Origin: Paraspadella gotoi
Taxonomy: Eukaryota; Animalia; Chaetognatha
Assembly (NCBI GenBank): GCA_051294375.1
Contig: CM119266.1
Location: 13,518,735-13,582,734, forward strand
Direction: 5' to 3'
DNA: 64,000 bases
Positions 37,615 through 50,891 of this stretch are shown here, one piece after another; the first letter of the stretch is position 1; the number at the start of each line of letters is the position of its first letter. The notes below the pieces were generated by a model. That model saw nothing but the letters and a program-made list of their open reading frames with translations, was not told the DNA's origin and searched no databases. The translations under genes and the position numbers were made by a program.

Positions 37615-40115
37615 TCAATACTGAAATGGCCAGTGTTTTCGAGACCATTCGTAGTCAAAAGTCGGGGGAGCTGGTGCGGGTGCAGCCTGAGAGGCGTTTG
37701 CATCTTCTGTTTCCGCCTCTTCCGACTAAATACCAAAAAGAGGATTAATAAATGAGCGTTGCGATCGTCTTATTCTTTTTTAAACAAAAAAGTATTTGAA
37801 AAAGAGGAACGTTATCCTTCGATCTGTACTCGAGCGTAACATTTTCATTCATACACTATTTTTTTTTACCTTCGACGATACGCCCATTGGGGCAGCGGGT
37901 ATCTCCGAAGCGTTTTCGAGTGCGGCTCTCAATCTTGCGATCTCTTCTTGCTGAGCTCGAATTATCTGCTGAAGCTCTTGCACCTTTTTGTCCTGACTGC
38001 CGGCGGCGTAATCGTACGCGTTATCTAAAACAAAAGGAATCACAACAGGTTAGGTAACTCAGATTAGATGATAAAATTTTGAACGTCTTCCAAAAACACT
38101 GACTTGAATGCGGTTCGTTGACTTCGCTGAGCATTTTCTGAACTGTCGGCGACATGGGACGCACCGCCGCACCTTTCACGTTGGATTCGTCCACAATGTA
38201 CTTTTCGGCACGTTGGCGCGCCTCTTCAAACAGACTCGCTCCTCTATTAGAACAAAAATGCCTTTCAAAATTGCTATCTATAAAAAACATAACTTAATAT
38301 AAGATTCGCCTGTTTTTGGTATCCTTGAGACCCATAATTAGACGAAAAGCCTGTTCGGGGGACACGCCTCCATGAGGAGCGCGTTCAGTGTGATGGTGAT
38401 GCTCGAATTCGTTCTTGGTAAAGATGTGCTGGTGGTGGTTGACGACAACGGGTTGAGTCGCGTCGATCGCCAGGAAACGATCTGAAAAGGTTAACGATTG
38501 TAAATCCTCAGCAAGATTATCGATCAGCAAGTTGCTTTAAGATTTCTCGCGAAAAAAATAAAGGACGTACGCGTCAGATAATCTTTGATCGGCGTAGGGT
38601 ACTCCGGAAAACCGTCCACTCCCGTCTTCCACCTCGTGTTGCGAATATAATTTTCGATTCTCTCGTCGAAATTTCTCTCGATTGAACTCTTGAACAGACC
38701 GTGGGCCCTCTCATCTGCCGAGAAAGGATGGAACTAGTAAGATGCCGTAAATGAAAAGCATGCTGTATTTCACTGAACCAAACGAGTTACGAACCTTCCT
38801 TCGTCAGTAACGTTTCGGCGATTTGCTTTGCACTTTGTTTTTGCTGCACGTTTTGTGGGTATTCTTGGTCCCTTAAAAATTAGGCAAAAATTTATAAAGT
38901 ATAATGAAATTATTGAACAATTATAACCACCCGAGTAGTTCAGAATTTTTTTTCTGCCAATAATTTGTAAAGTAAATCTCAAGAAATTCACCAAAATACC
39001 GGTTTAACGGGAACAAAATTTCGTTATATCCGGTATACTAAAACAAAGGTTCACTTTAAAGGGGTATAAAGGACGTGTTCAACAGTGATAACGATGCTTC
39101 AGCAGAGAAGGGAGAAATAATTATTGGGACAATATAAAAGATAATGGATTTAAGTATTAGTAAAAATTAATAACTTTTAGTATAATTGAATTTCAAGGGG
39201 AATACGTAATACGTATAGGTGTATATATGCATAGGACCTCACGTGACCATCACACGATCTCCAAGATTATTTGTATAGTTACCCGCTGTCGTAAAGAAAC
39301 CCCAGAAAAAGAAAGACGTTAGATCAATAGCAATTATTTGAATTAAAATATTTCGAGAAAAATAATTATTCAATACCTGGTTTCGTAGTAATTCGAATTT
39401 GTAAAATATCTTTTCTTCGGATGCAAAAGCTTCGGCCAAGCATCCGCAGGCAACCTCATCAAGTTTCCGAGTGGATCGTGAGGAGCAGCGCCATCCACCG
39501 ATCCCGTGAAACCCTCGCCCGGAGCCGAGGGTCCTGCATCACAATTCACAAGAATATAACAACAAATAATGAAAAATATTCTGGTAGAGAAGATTGTAAA
39601 TGAAAAAAATATCATTATTCAACGGTGAAAGGGTTAATTTGTAGTTAGTATGTAAATCCGTCATATATAATCACTAGTGAAGTTCAATTTAAAAAAAATT
39701 GGGGCTTAAAACAAATTAAAGACACGGGACTCACGTTCGTCAGCCTGAGGCTCAGGCTTTTCAGGCTTTTCAGGCTCTTGGGGCGCATGCATTCTACCTG
39801 TTTAAAATTACAGTATGAGTCCGAATCGTACTTAACCATGCCAAATTCCAACAGTTTAAAAACTAAAATTTAACATTAAGACATGCAATAACCTACTCAA
39901 ATCATTAGCATTCTATGGTAAGCATTCTCCGGAAACGTCCTATTACAAGGGCCCTTACTGTCGTTGCGCCATCTGTCCTGTTCGTGCGCCCAGTCCAAAA
40001 GAAGTTGGCGAAGGTCGTCCGGGAGTTGCTCGATCGTAGTTGACGGAGTGGGGTTTTCAAAACGCCTACCGCCTATCATAAACGGCGCCCCTCTGCGTCC
40101 GCTCTCCGGAACTCT
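37615..40115 (-). CDS. Multi-exon gene of unknown function with a coiled-coil near the C-terminus; 5' structure uncertain and possibly disrupted
   Basis: Exon-like blocks with splice signals: LPDDLRQLLLDWAHEQDRW; HAPQEPEKPEKPEP; GSVDGAAPHDPLGNLMRLP; ERAHGLFKSSIERNFDERIENY; HHQHIFTKNEFEHHHH; KVQELQQIIRAQQEEIARLRAALE; last exon ...FDYEWSRKHWPFQY* (stop 37615). Confidence 0.6.
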
Positions 40116-41055
40116 GGAGACAAAAAATTCGGAACACTGATATAAAATTAAATAATATACTCGTGTACTAATCTTTTATAATTTTTTGACATTCCGTTTC
40201 TAGTCAAATTTCGTCTTTGAGACGTTTTCAAGCCTCTGTCACAGTCATATTTGACGTAATATTACAATTAAATATTATGATATAAATTCTTTCTTTTTCG
40301 TTGTTTGAAGTAAAGAAAGTTTGATTTGGAGTGTTATAGATACACTCAGAAGGGTGAGCAAGAGACGGAAAACCCCGCTCATCATGTCAACGATTGGTTT
40401 TATTTTTATAAAACAGACATGTTTCGGCTTTACTTTTAAGCTTTTATAATAATAAAACCAATCGTTGTCACACTCCAAATCAAACTTTCTTTAATTAAAT
40501 ATTAATAGATGATAAACGAGACTACTAATTTGTATTTGTTGTGCAGAGCATTTAAAAAAAATCTGAAATTATTTACATAGCTACGATTAAATTGGGGTAA
40601 AACGGAACACCTGTTAAGTTACCCAATTTGCTTTTTATAACGGGTTAGTGATAATTTACTAAATAATAATAACAGTTAAATCAAAAACATATATGCAAAT
40701 TTTGTATTTTTTGTCATTCAATAATTAAAAGTGAGAACCTAGTAATAAAAATAATTATATTCACTTAAGAATATAAAATTTAAAATGTTTATACATAAAA
40801 AATTAATAGAAGACTATGCACTTAATAATAGTTTTTTAAATATTATTTTCTGTCATATTAAAACAATTTTTTGTGGTGGGGTAAAACACTTTTTAATTTT
40901 TTTAAAAATGCGGGGACACTTTCCTTTTATACAATTAGATTTATTACTCATTAATTACCCCGCACTGCCCCAAACAAAAGACAATTGAGTTTTTCAATCT
41001 CTTGACGTATGGCGTAAGATTGTAACAATCTGTAATCTGAATGGAATTATGATTC

Positions 41056-42150
41056 TTATCGAAACCCCCCCCACATTAGCCTTTTGTCTCCCCAAAAGGC
41101 GAGACACCGCGCTGTGACCAGACATGTGAAACAGAAACAAAAGTCAAACGAAAAAATACTCTGCTGCAGGCCCAGTCCCGACGCTGCATCACTCTGTCGA
41201 AGTGCTGCTGAGCCGGGACGCGTCACTAGTCCCGAGAAACGCCCAAACGAAGCGCCCCATGAGACTTCCCTGCAGTAAAACCGAAAGAAGGTCTGATCTC
41301 CGGACCAGTCTCCGGCCCTGAGAATGACGCCGAGATCGACGCCGCGGGCGAAGGCTTCCGAGACCGCCATGGCACGAGTAGATCCTGGCGGAGCGTCGAC
41401 ATTCGCCTCCAAAAAGAGCGCCTTAGGATCGCCGCAAACCGTTGAGGCGAAAACGGAGTAAAGGGCGGCGAAGGGGCGCAGAAAAGGAAAACGTGAGACG
41501 GCGCTAAACATTCGCGGACTCGAAGCCACTCCCTCAGAGCCGCAATGGGGCAACGCGATGACGCCGGCAGGGCGTCCACCCTGAAGGACGGGCCCATGTG
41601 CCCAACGCGATCTGTCTTGGAAAGCTTGGACGAAACAAAACGCCCATGATCCGCGGCGAGCGAGCAGTGGGCTTGATCACACTTGAGCGAAACTATCTCC
41701 GACGGCCTCCTGGCCGAAGCGAGTGCCAAAAGAAAAAGAGAGAGAGCGCCGAAGAACGTGAGCGGGAGACGGCGGGAGGGGCGACGACGTCCAAAACGCG
41801 TAGAACCAACGCCGCATCCCACGGAGGAAACATCCGGCGAGTAGGGGGACTCCGCTCGAAGGTCCCCTTGAGAAAACGTCGAACGAGGGGTGTTCCCCCA
41901 CCGAGTACGAACCCTGTGCCGGCAAGGTGGCCGAAATCGCTGAGCGGTGAAGGTTCACCCGTGCTGTACGACAAGCCTAACCCAACGAGATGGGCTAGGT
42001 ACTCCAGAACATCCTTCAGAGACGCATCAAGTCCTCGAACTTCCTTACATTGAAGGAAAGAGCAGAAGGAGGTCCAGGCTCGAGCGTAACGATCTCGCAT
42101 CGAGCCTCTCCAGCTGTCGGCGATGATGTCGAAGGCCGAGTCGCTGAGGT
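41056..42150 (-). pseudogene. DIRS tyrosine recombinase (frameshifted); its 3' end runs through the ITR
   Basis: Fragments YARAWTSFCSF (SAM-like), HRSAIS, ALASARRPSEI, SKLSKTDR, GSTRAMAVS...AGDWS..TFFRFY, spread over several frames. Confidence 0.85.
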
Positions 42151-42179
42151 CGTCGAGGTCGTTCGCCCGCCGAAAATCT

Positions 42180-44062
42180 GCCAAACGACCAGCTTGAGAC
42201 GGTCGGCTTGCGGCGGCGGAGATCCTGTGCTGAGGTCGATGACGGCGTCCTCCGGGACCGGAAGGCGTCGAGCCTCCAGAATCTTCAGGTTCAACAACGA
42301 CGGGAACCACTTCTGGGCTGGCCAGAAAGGGGCGATCAGAAGGAAGATCCCCGACGACTCCTCCAGCTTCCGGATGACGCTCGGGAGGAGAGGTGGTGGA
42401 GGAAAGAGAAATGCCCGATCGAAGATCCAAATCTGGGCGAGGCGTCCACACCCTCCGTTGGCGCCTCCGCCTTCCAAGAGAAGAAACGGCGCACCTGCGT
42501 CGAGTCCTTCGTCGCAAAAAGATCGATGGAGGGAGTGCCGAAGGTCTCGCAGATCTGACGGAAGATCCGTGGAAGGAGATGCCAATCCGCAACTAGGCGT
42601 CCCCTCGACGCCGCATCCGTACCCAAGTTCTCCTCTGACGACAGGTGACTCCCGGTGATACGGATCCCCAGGGTATGGGCGATCAGCAGAGACTCCCGGA
42701 CAACCTCGTGTAGCTCCGTCGAACGGCTGCACGTGCGCTGGAGACAGAGCAACGACACCAGACTGTCGGCCTACCAAAGGAGATTCGTATTTCTCAGAGA
42801 GCTGCCGAATCGAGAGAGGAAGATCTTCAACACCATGAACTCCTTCACATTGATATGGTGATGGACATCTGCAGCCTCCCAGGTCCCTGTGAAGCTCTCC
42901 CTGGAAAAGGATGCCCCAACCCTCCTGCGAGGCATCCGTCGTCACTACGTGGGCGCAATCTTCTGGAGCAGATCGTCCACCGGCGCGACGCAGTCCTCCA
43001 GGCGAAGCGACTGACACCACTCTAGCTCCTCCCGCGCTGAAGCGTCTAACAGCGTTGGCGATCGAGATCCTTCTCGGAGTGGTAGACGCGGTTGACGCTC
43101 CTTTGAATCCGGGCGGAGTGGCAACGGAGAAGCGGAACTGCGAGCGTGGCCGCCGTGGCGTGTCCGAGAAACTGAAGGACTAAACGCGCCGGCGGGAGAG
43201 ACGACGAGAGGAGTGAAGTCGCTAAACTCTGGATCGATTCCAACTTGGGCGGCGGAAGCGAGATCTGATGAAGCTGACCGTCCCAATGAAAACCGAGGAA
43301 ATCGAAGGACTGAGAGGGAGTCAGGCTCGACTTCTCCCGGTGGAGAATGAAACCCGCCTCCAAGAGCAGTTGGACCGCCTTCAACGTCGCTTGGTGACAC
43401 TCCTCCTTCGATGAGCCCAGGATGAGGATGTCGTCGATATAGAAGAGACAACGAATGCCTCTCTGCCTCAGCCATTGAACTAGCGGGCGCGTTGTCTTCG
43501 TGAAGAGCCACGGGCCCGTCGCCAAACCGAAGGGAAGAACCTTGTACTGGAAGATCCGACCCTTCCAAATGAATCGACAAAACTTTCGATGCTCCTCGTG
43601 AAGCGGAAGGGGGAGATAAGCGTCGCGTAGGTCGATTGAGGCGCCCCAATCTCCCCGTCGAAACATCTTCCTGATGTCCTTGACCCCTTCCATGCGGAAA
43701 TACGGAGGTGAGAGAAAAGCGGCGTTGAGACGCTTCAGGTTGAGAATGGGCCTCCACCCTCCATCCTTCTTCGGTACAAGGAAGATCCTGGAGTAAAAAC
43801 CCGGAGAGGCCTCTACCTCCTCGATCGCACCCTTCTCCAAGGCGGCGGAGATTTCCGCTTCGACCGCGTCGTCCCTCTCGCCGAAAGATGGCGTCGCGTC
43901 GGCAGGACGAGGAAGACGGGTTGGATCGCCTCCGCATCGGCGATCTTGAAGCCCGAAATGTTCGTCAAAATTGGAGAGGTCGGCCCGACCTGACGAAATC
44001 CGATCTTGAAGAGGCCTGCAGCCGGACGAGGCGGCGACTGCATCGGCGGAGAAACCCGTCAT
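42180..44062 (-). pseudogene. DIRS pol: reverse transcriptase, RNase H and N6-adenine methyltransferase-like domain (frameshifted)
   Basis: ORF 43046-44062 holds the RT with YIDD; the downstream TTDAS and DLFA/FPPP motifs lie in shifted frames. Confidence 0.9.
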
Positions 44063-44179
44063 TTCGCAGGCTTGGCTCCCCTGTCCTGCCCGTTTCCCGA
44101 CTTTGAACGAGTAGGGCTTCTTGCCGCTCTTCCGCGGCTTGAAGTTGGACTTCGACGCTTTGAAACCTTGACGACGTTA

Positions 44180-44990
44180 TCAAGAAAGCGAGGGCGTGCG
44201 GCGGATCGGATTAAGGCGGCGTTGACCGCTGACGAAACTTGATCCGAGCGATTTCCGAAGAAAAACCTCTCGGTGGAGCGGCGTCCTGCAGCGCCCCACG
44301 CAGATCGGACGGCGCCTTCGACAAAACCGAACGTCGAACTTCCAAAAGCGCAGCGTTGAACGCGGTTGCCTGGATGGACGCAATATCGCGTAGGGGCGAA
44401 GCCAGCGAGGGGATGCGCTCCACCACCTGATCCGCTGAAATACCCGCCTTGATGGCGTCCGACAAAAGGCGTAGCTCGTCGGCGACAAAAAGAGCGGCGT
44501 GACCCGACGCGCCCGCCTCCTGCATCGTGCGTAAATGTTGACGGTAGACAGGATAACTGTGTAGATAGCCGCTTCGGAAGGCGGGATCAAACACCCGTCG
44601 TGATCTGGAAGTGGAAACGACGCCGGTGAGGCGTGGTCCACCCAACGACGAAGGCGCGAGGTTGCGGAGGTTGTGCGAGACTCCAGCTTCTCGCCAACTC
44701 CCCTGACTCCGAGACGTGACGAAGCGAACGCCATTGCTTCGAAACTCCATCAGACGGCGACGCCGCTCCTTGGCGGCGGGCTGCAAGGCGTAGAAAGGCC
44801 CGATCGACGTCTGGGTCGGACCTCACTCTCCATCTCCCGATGGGGGTTTGTCCAGTCCCGGAGCTGAGTGCGACGCCGTGTGCCGTCCAGCGGTGAAGGC
44901 GACGCGTTGCGTCTAGAGGCCGAGGCAGGAGCCCGTGGGCGGACTGCTCTCTGGAAGCGAAGGACTCGTCAAGGACCAGCGGCGAAGGAA
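44180..44990 (-). pseudogene. DIRS gag-like ORF (frameshifted)
   Basis: Lies upstream of pol; similar to the gag-like ORF at 11270-11971. Confidence 0.65.
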
Positions 44991-45212
44991 AGGCGAAGTG
45001 AAGTCGTCCGTTCGATAAGAATCACATGAACGTAAGCAAAAAACGAGAATTAGATTACATATCAAATCGAGGAAACCCCCCCCTTCTTTCTCTCTATCCA
45101 CAAATATTCAGCAAAAAGAAAAATATTTGAAACTAAACACACACAGAAAAAAACGGAAACCGAACCACACCCGCGACCACACCCACCCGGAGGCGAAGGG
45201 GCGGCGGCGGAG

Positions 45213-45292
45213 AATGTGGGGGGGTTTCGATAAGAATCATAATTCCATTCAGAATTACAGATTCTCTATTCGAAACCCCCCCCACATTAGCC
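45213..45292 (-). repeat. Internal complementary region (ICR) of DIRS element 2
   Basis: 45213-45263 is the reverse complement of 41027-41077 (one indel); 45264-45292 is the reverse complement of 46130-46158. Confidence 0.92.
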
Positions 45293-46207
45293 CTCAGTAA
45301 CGAGAAAAAACGCGGTCGTGTGAACAAAATATAAAAATAAAAACGAAAGAAAGAAGAAAAGAGAAACAAATTTGATGAGGGCAAATAAAAGATTTGCAAA
45401 CGACTTCGAATAAAAGAACATCCCAATTACGCTCACCATCGGAAATTTCCATCTCCTGGCGAAGCGAATCCTGCATTCTTGAAACCCGTTGAGGCGTCCT
45501 TCAAAATACTCCAGGCCTCCAGCCGTTGCGCCGCCTCCAGGGCTGCGTGTAGCTGTCACCCCCGAACCGACCACCACTGGTGCCGGGTTGCGGCGCCCCT
45601 GCGCGCGCGGCCCGAGGCGCCGTACCGAGGTAACGGAAGACAGCGCCTAAGCAGAGGAGGGGTGGAGAGAAACACGACCGGGGCGCGAGGCATCTGGCGA
45701 CGCAGTCGCGCCACCACGTGAATCTCAGGGTCTCAAACCCTTGTCGAAACCGAAGATTTCGTCGAACTGCATCAGCGCGATCCTTCTCGAGATTAATCGC
45801 GCGAATCTTACGATCGTCGAATAAAACAAAAGAGACGAGCGTGAAAGTTCAAAATTCGATATGAAAGCAAATAATATCGAAGGAAAGTCCCGATAATAAT
45901 CGAAAAAAGCGCGTAAAAAAAACGAAAAGCGACTGATCACATAGAGCGCGAAAAAAGAAGTGACGCGTCCCCGGCTCAGCAGCACTTTCGACAGAGTGAT
46001 GCAGCTCGGGACTGGGCCCTGCAGCAGCTCTGCTGCCGCTGAGGCCGGAGAGTATTTTTTCCGTTTGACTTTTGTTTCTGTTTCACATGTCTGGTCACAG
46101 CGCGGTGTCTCGCCTTTGGGGAGACAAAAGGCTAATGTGGGGGGGGTTTCGAATAGAGACATCCAAATGTCACAAAAAAAAACTTAAAAGCATAAGGATC
46201 GTCGCAA

Positions 46208-46262
<55 letters not shown>

Positions 46263-47162
46263 AAACTGGACCCATGACTTTGATACTCAAAAAATCAAAT
46301 TTGATATAAAAAAACTAAGTTTTTTACATAAAAACCTTGGCTTAATACATTAAAAATAAATAAATAAAACTAAAATGAAGGAATAAAATAAAATGAATTG
46401 AATGAATGAAAAAAAAATCTTAAAGTATAGTGATCTCATTACTATCAAAGAAAATGAAAATATCAACAAAAAAAATGAATGATTGATGCGATAACAAATT
46501 ATTGATGTAATTGTAATTGATTGATTGATGCAATGATAACCGATTATCGATATGATAATAACCAATTATTAATACGATAACCAAATATTGATGCGATGAT
46601 AACCAAATATTGATGCGATGATAAACGAATCAGAAGAAGCAGCGACGAAAAAAAAAAAGAGAGAGCGAGCGAGAAATTAAAAGAGAGAGAAATTGAAAGA
46701 AGCTGGACAACCTTTTACACACTTTTACAATTAGCGATGGTAAAGAAGCGTGATAACGACAACGACGACTACGGTCACAAAGAAGAGGCGATCCTTAATC
46801 TCGCACAAGTCTGGCTTTAGTCCGTCTGGCGAGAAAAAATTGAATGAATTATTTAAATATAAATTCATTTAATTTAAATAAATGAAAGAATCGAGATAAA
46901 TAAATTGCATTGAGTAAATAAATTTGAAGAAATTGAATGAATAAATGTGAAAGAGATAAAGAGATAGAATAAGAGAGAGAACAACGGGAAGAGAAAAAAC
47001 CGAGATAAAAACCGGTTTAGCGATGGTAAAATGATAACGTGCGCGATCTATATTTTTGAAGGCCGACGTCGTTTATTGGCACCATAGCCACAAAATCGTC
47101 GAGAGCGAAAGCGATTGCGACGATGAAAAATTTCTTTGGTTTACTCTTCACATCTCCGCATA

Positions 47163-47568
47163 TTACTTGGGGTGATTTATTCCGTCGACTTCATCGTTGG
47201 TAGGATCATTGACCAAATTCATGAATTCGTTTAACATGACCTTCCGATTGACGGCTTGGCTTGGATCGACTCGATCGCCACCCAGGAAGCGAGGACCGAT
47301 GGGGGCGCCGCCGACCCCTGCATAAACGAGAAACACGGTCAAAGAAAGCAGGAAAACGATACTCGGTGCTGAGTATCGGCTCACTTTCGAACATTTCTCT
47401 TGTTCCCTTGAAGTTGCTGCCCCCGAGCCCAACGCGGTCCCGCTTGAGCTCTTCGGCCGCATGGTCTTCCGGGCAAAGCCACTCCCCGTTCTTGAAGATG
47501 GGCGCCGTCATTTCGAGGCTTGCGGGGCTGACTCGCGAGTCCGACGCCGACCACAGAGTTGGAACGCT
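47163..47568 (-). CDS. Terminal exons of a small unidentified gene downstream of PLK1; upstream exons perhaps up to about 48.1 kb
   Basis: Acceptor cccatag at about 47569; exon ...MTAPIFKNGEWLCPEDHAAEELKRD...EMFE, gtgagc donor, tgcag acceptor, then GVGGAPIGPRFLGGDRVDPSQAVNRKVMLNEF...HPK*. Confidence 0.5.
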
Positions 47569-48906
47569 ATGGGTACAAAAGGAAAATACAATATAAATAA
47601 ATTTTTAAAAAAGGAATACTGCCATTTGTGTAGTTGGCATGCACAAAGACGGGCAATAAAAATATACCTACATGCAGGAAACTTGCACGAAATGAGAGAA
47701 AACTATTTCTAAAATTACTTCAAAAACAAGCGAAAAAAAAACCACCTTGGAGCAGTGAAATGATTTCAGTCGATCGATGATGAAAAAAGTTGTTGTAAGT
47801 TCGTGGCCTGATGGTTTTGAAGCCGCGGCAAAGAAGATCGAATCAGAAAAAAACATTTCGAGAGCAATGAAGGAACAATAGTATTCAACTATTTGACGAG
47901 TATTAAACAAAATCTAATGAGTACTACACTATCTATTGCGAGCTGAGGAAAAATAAAAATTATGAATCTTGAATGATCACATCATCCTTACTTGTAACAT
48001 GACATCAGTAGTTTCTAGCTTCTGCGGTTGTAACGTTAACGCATCCATAGCAAAGCCATTATCGCATCAATAAAGAATTAAATTCATGGATTTTCGCTGT
48101 ATATATTCGAGCTTTCTGACAAGTTACGGAAACACGTAACCAAGAGAAGGGTTGAATTTTATCGCTATTGGTTGTAAGAAGTCGATTCCAAAAAGTTTCC
48201 GGCGTCTTGTGAATGCATTTCGGCATCGTATAATGAAAAACGTTCATCTTAATTTATCAGTGAAACCAATTCAATATATAATTTCAAATTGCAATGACAA
48301 GACGTTTGGCACATCGCTATGTAAACGAGGATCCGGCCGATCACTTCTATTCTATTGAATCGCCAAACTCTCTGAAGCCCAATTCAATACAACCTCGACA
48401 AAACAACAATTCCTAGGAGAAAATGAAGCAGTTCAGCGGCGTAGTAGCTAGCTGTGTAAATTAGCTGATTATATGGCAATCAAAATAAAAGAAACGTTTT
48501 ATCAATCCACACTACATTAGGAATCGAATAGAGCAAAATATCTCAAGTCAAGGTAATTTCAGTATGGTTTTTTACAAGGTACGGAAAAAAGTTTTACGTT
48601 TAAAAACGAACTATTCGTCATTTAAAAATTACGAAACACAAACATCGTATTGAATGCATAAACATGGTTGAGATACATGTTGAGGTCGTGTAAGTTGTAA
48701 TCTAGCACATATAGTTAAAAACATCAGCTATTAAAAAAAAAGGCCATAAATTCCTGGCACGATGGCGATTAGCGAGCCTATACTGATGATAGATACCAAA
48801 AGGGTAACTTCTAACACTAGCCGTACTGCGAATATCAAACGCTTTACTTCAAAACGAATACGCGAACTCCAAAAAAAAAAAAAAAAGCTTGCTCTCCTCC
48901 CATTGG

Positions 48907-50891
48907 CTACGGGACATTGGTCTTGATCCGAGATGTCGACGAACGAGTGGCTTGCAGGCGCTCCACCATAGTCTTGGCGTAACGCAACCGCTGAAGCAGT
49001 TGCGAAGAGGCACCGATCTTGGCTATGGCCGCTTCCTGCGCCTCGGGGGCGGTGCAGAGCCGGAATACTCGGAAGTTACGCCCTTCGTCGATGTAGGAGA
49101 CCGACGACATCGTGGGCTCCAAAATGATCTTGGAATGGTCTTGAAAGAAATTCACTTGAAGCGTGCCGTTGGAGAGATGCAGGACGATGGCAGAACGAGT
49201 GCGGAACCATGAACGAAGGAAAGGAAGGCGAACCTGAAGATTCAACCGTCATATTTTATAACCCGTTAAAATTATCAAATATTGACCTTACGGAGGTTTT
49301 TCTTATTGTTCTCACCATGTCGTCTTCCGCCTTTGGCTGAACTTGACCACCAGCTCGAAGGAGATGTTCGACCATGTAGTTTCGGAAATACTTAAGCAGT
49401 GTGACCTTCTTAGTGAGGGACTCGGGGTAGTTCTTGAGCGTGTGATACGATTCCGCCCCGGTCCGCTCGATATATTCCAAGTTGTCACCGTCGGCAAGCA
49501 AAAGCAGACGTGTTTGATCGTTGAAAAGAACCCCAACGCTGTTGTCGGACAACTGATAACCCAGTCCGTACTTGTCTGAGTAGTCGACCCATTTGGAAAC
49601 CCAAAAAATGGGCACACACTCGGGCGCCTCGCAATCGTCCTCTGCGTTCTTGGCGTCGGTCTCGTTCTCCAACGGAGGCGCCGCCAACGCCTGATTGAGC
49701 TGTTCCATCAATTGGTTGAGATGCGACTCGGTCTCTTCGTCGTGGCGATACTCCTTGGCGCCGGTCCCAGTATCCTGCTTAGCGTCCGCTCGATCGGTCT
49801 TTTCGTTTTCGTTCCTGACCGAGAGGACGCGGCGCTGGCCGGGCGCGTCGGCGCCTGAGCCGGACGTCGCGGATCCGGTTGAGGGAGGAGCTGGGGCGCG
49901 GAATGAAGCATCGACTTTATCAAAACGGGGAGGCATAGTGAGGCAGGATGTGGGAAGGCGCGGGGGCATGAAAGCGCAAGTAAAAAAATTGTCGGCCAAG
50001 ATTCCATCGAGATTTGGGCGATCGCCGGGTTCGTCGGCCAAAAGGCGACGCAGCAACGCTGTGGCCGGGGCCGACAGGCGCGTGGGGATCTGGTAGTCGT
50101 TCTTTTTGATTCTGAAATAAAAAGTGCAAAATAGCTGATCCCTCAATTTGACTACTCATAACATAAAAAATTAAATATTAATAAAATACTAACTTCCGAT
50201 AAGTGTCTTGGAGAGACGAGGTTTCGAACGGCGGCTTTCCCACCATTAGCGTATAGAGAATGCAGCCCATCGACCAAACATCGACCTCGAAAGAGTGACC
50301 CCGCTTGCATATGACCTCGGGGGCTATGTAGTTGGGCGTTCCGCACAGAGTACGCTTTCGCTCCCCGTCGTAGTCGACGCGAGTAGCGAGACCCAGGTCG
50401 CCGATCTTAACTTCCATGTCGTCGTTGAGAAAGAGATTGCCGAGTTTGAGATCACGGTGGATGATTTTGTTATCGTGTAGGTATTTGACGCCGAGAGCGA
50501 TCTGCTTCATGAAGTAGCGAGCCTCGGGCTCCGTCACCGCCTTGCGGCGTTTGTGCAGCTCCATGAGAGAGCGACGCCGGCACAACTCGAGCAGGATGTA
50601 CACGTTCTCGCTGTCTTCGAAAAAGCTGTAAAACTGAACCACGTGGCAGTGTTTCAGGGTTTTGTGAATAGCGATCTCTTGCGACATCTTTTCTTTGGAA
50701 TGAGGCTTGACGAGGAGGGTCTTAGGGACGATCTTGCCGGCATAGACGTGAGATGTTTCCACGTCCGTCAGCTCGTAGCACCGGGCGAAGCCTCCCTTGC
50801 CCATGAACTTTCCGCGTTGGTAGCGCTTCCGCGTCACAGAATCCGTTATAAACTCCGGAACCTCCCGGAGGGGTTCCCGTCTCGAAGACAT
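48907..50891 (-). CDS. PLK1: Polo-like kinase 1 (3 exons)
   Basis: [33 protein letters not shown]; polo boxes [18 protein letters not shown] and [18 protein letters not shown]. Confidence 0.97.

Larger units (their letters stand above)
41027..46159 (-). mobile_element. DIRS1-type tyrosine-recombinase retrotransposon (gag, RT-RNaseH-methyltransferase-like, YR), near full length with several frameshifts
   Basis: ITRs 41059-41226 / 45960-46152; ICR 45213-45292; RT motifs FYSRIFLVPKKDGGWRPILNLK, LPFGL and YIDD; RNase H TTDASQEGWG; MT-like DLFA...FPPPPLL...LIAPFWPAQKWF; YR motifs ALASARRPSEI, STRAMA, AGDWS and TFFRFY. Confidence 0.95.

Noticed and set aside
42945-43937. 330-aa alternative-frame ORF overlapping the RT
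   Set aside because: No recognisable motifs; long overlapping frames are common in GC-rich DIRS sequence.
46222-46261. Poly(A) run beside the DIRS end as a retrotransposon tail
   Set aside because: Lies outside the ICR-defined terminus (46159) at the 5' end; DIRS elements have no poly(A) tail.
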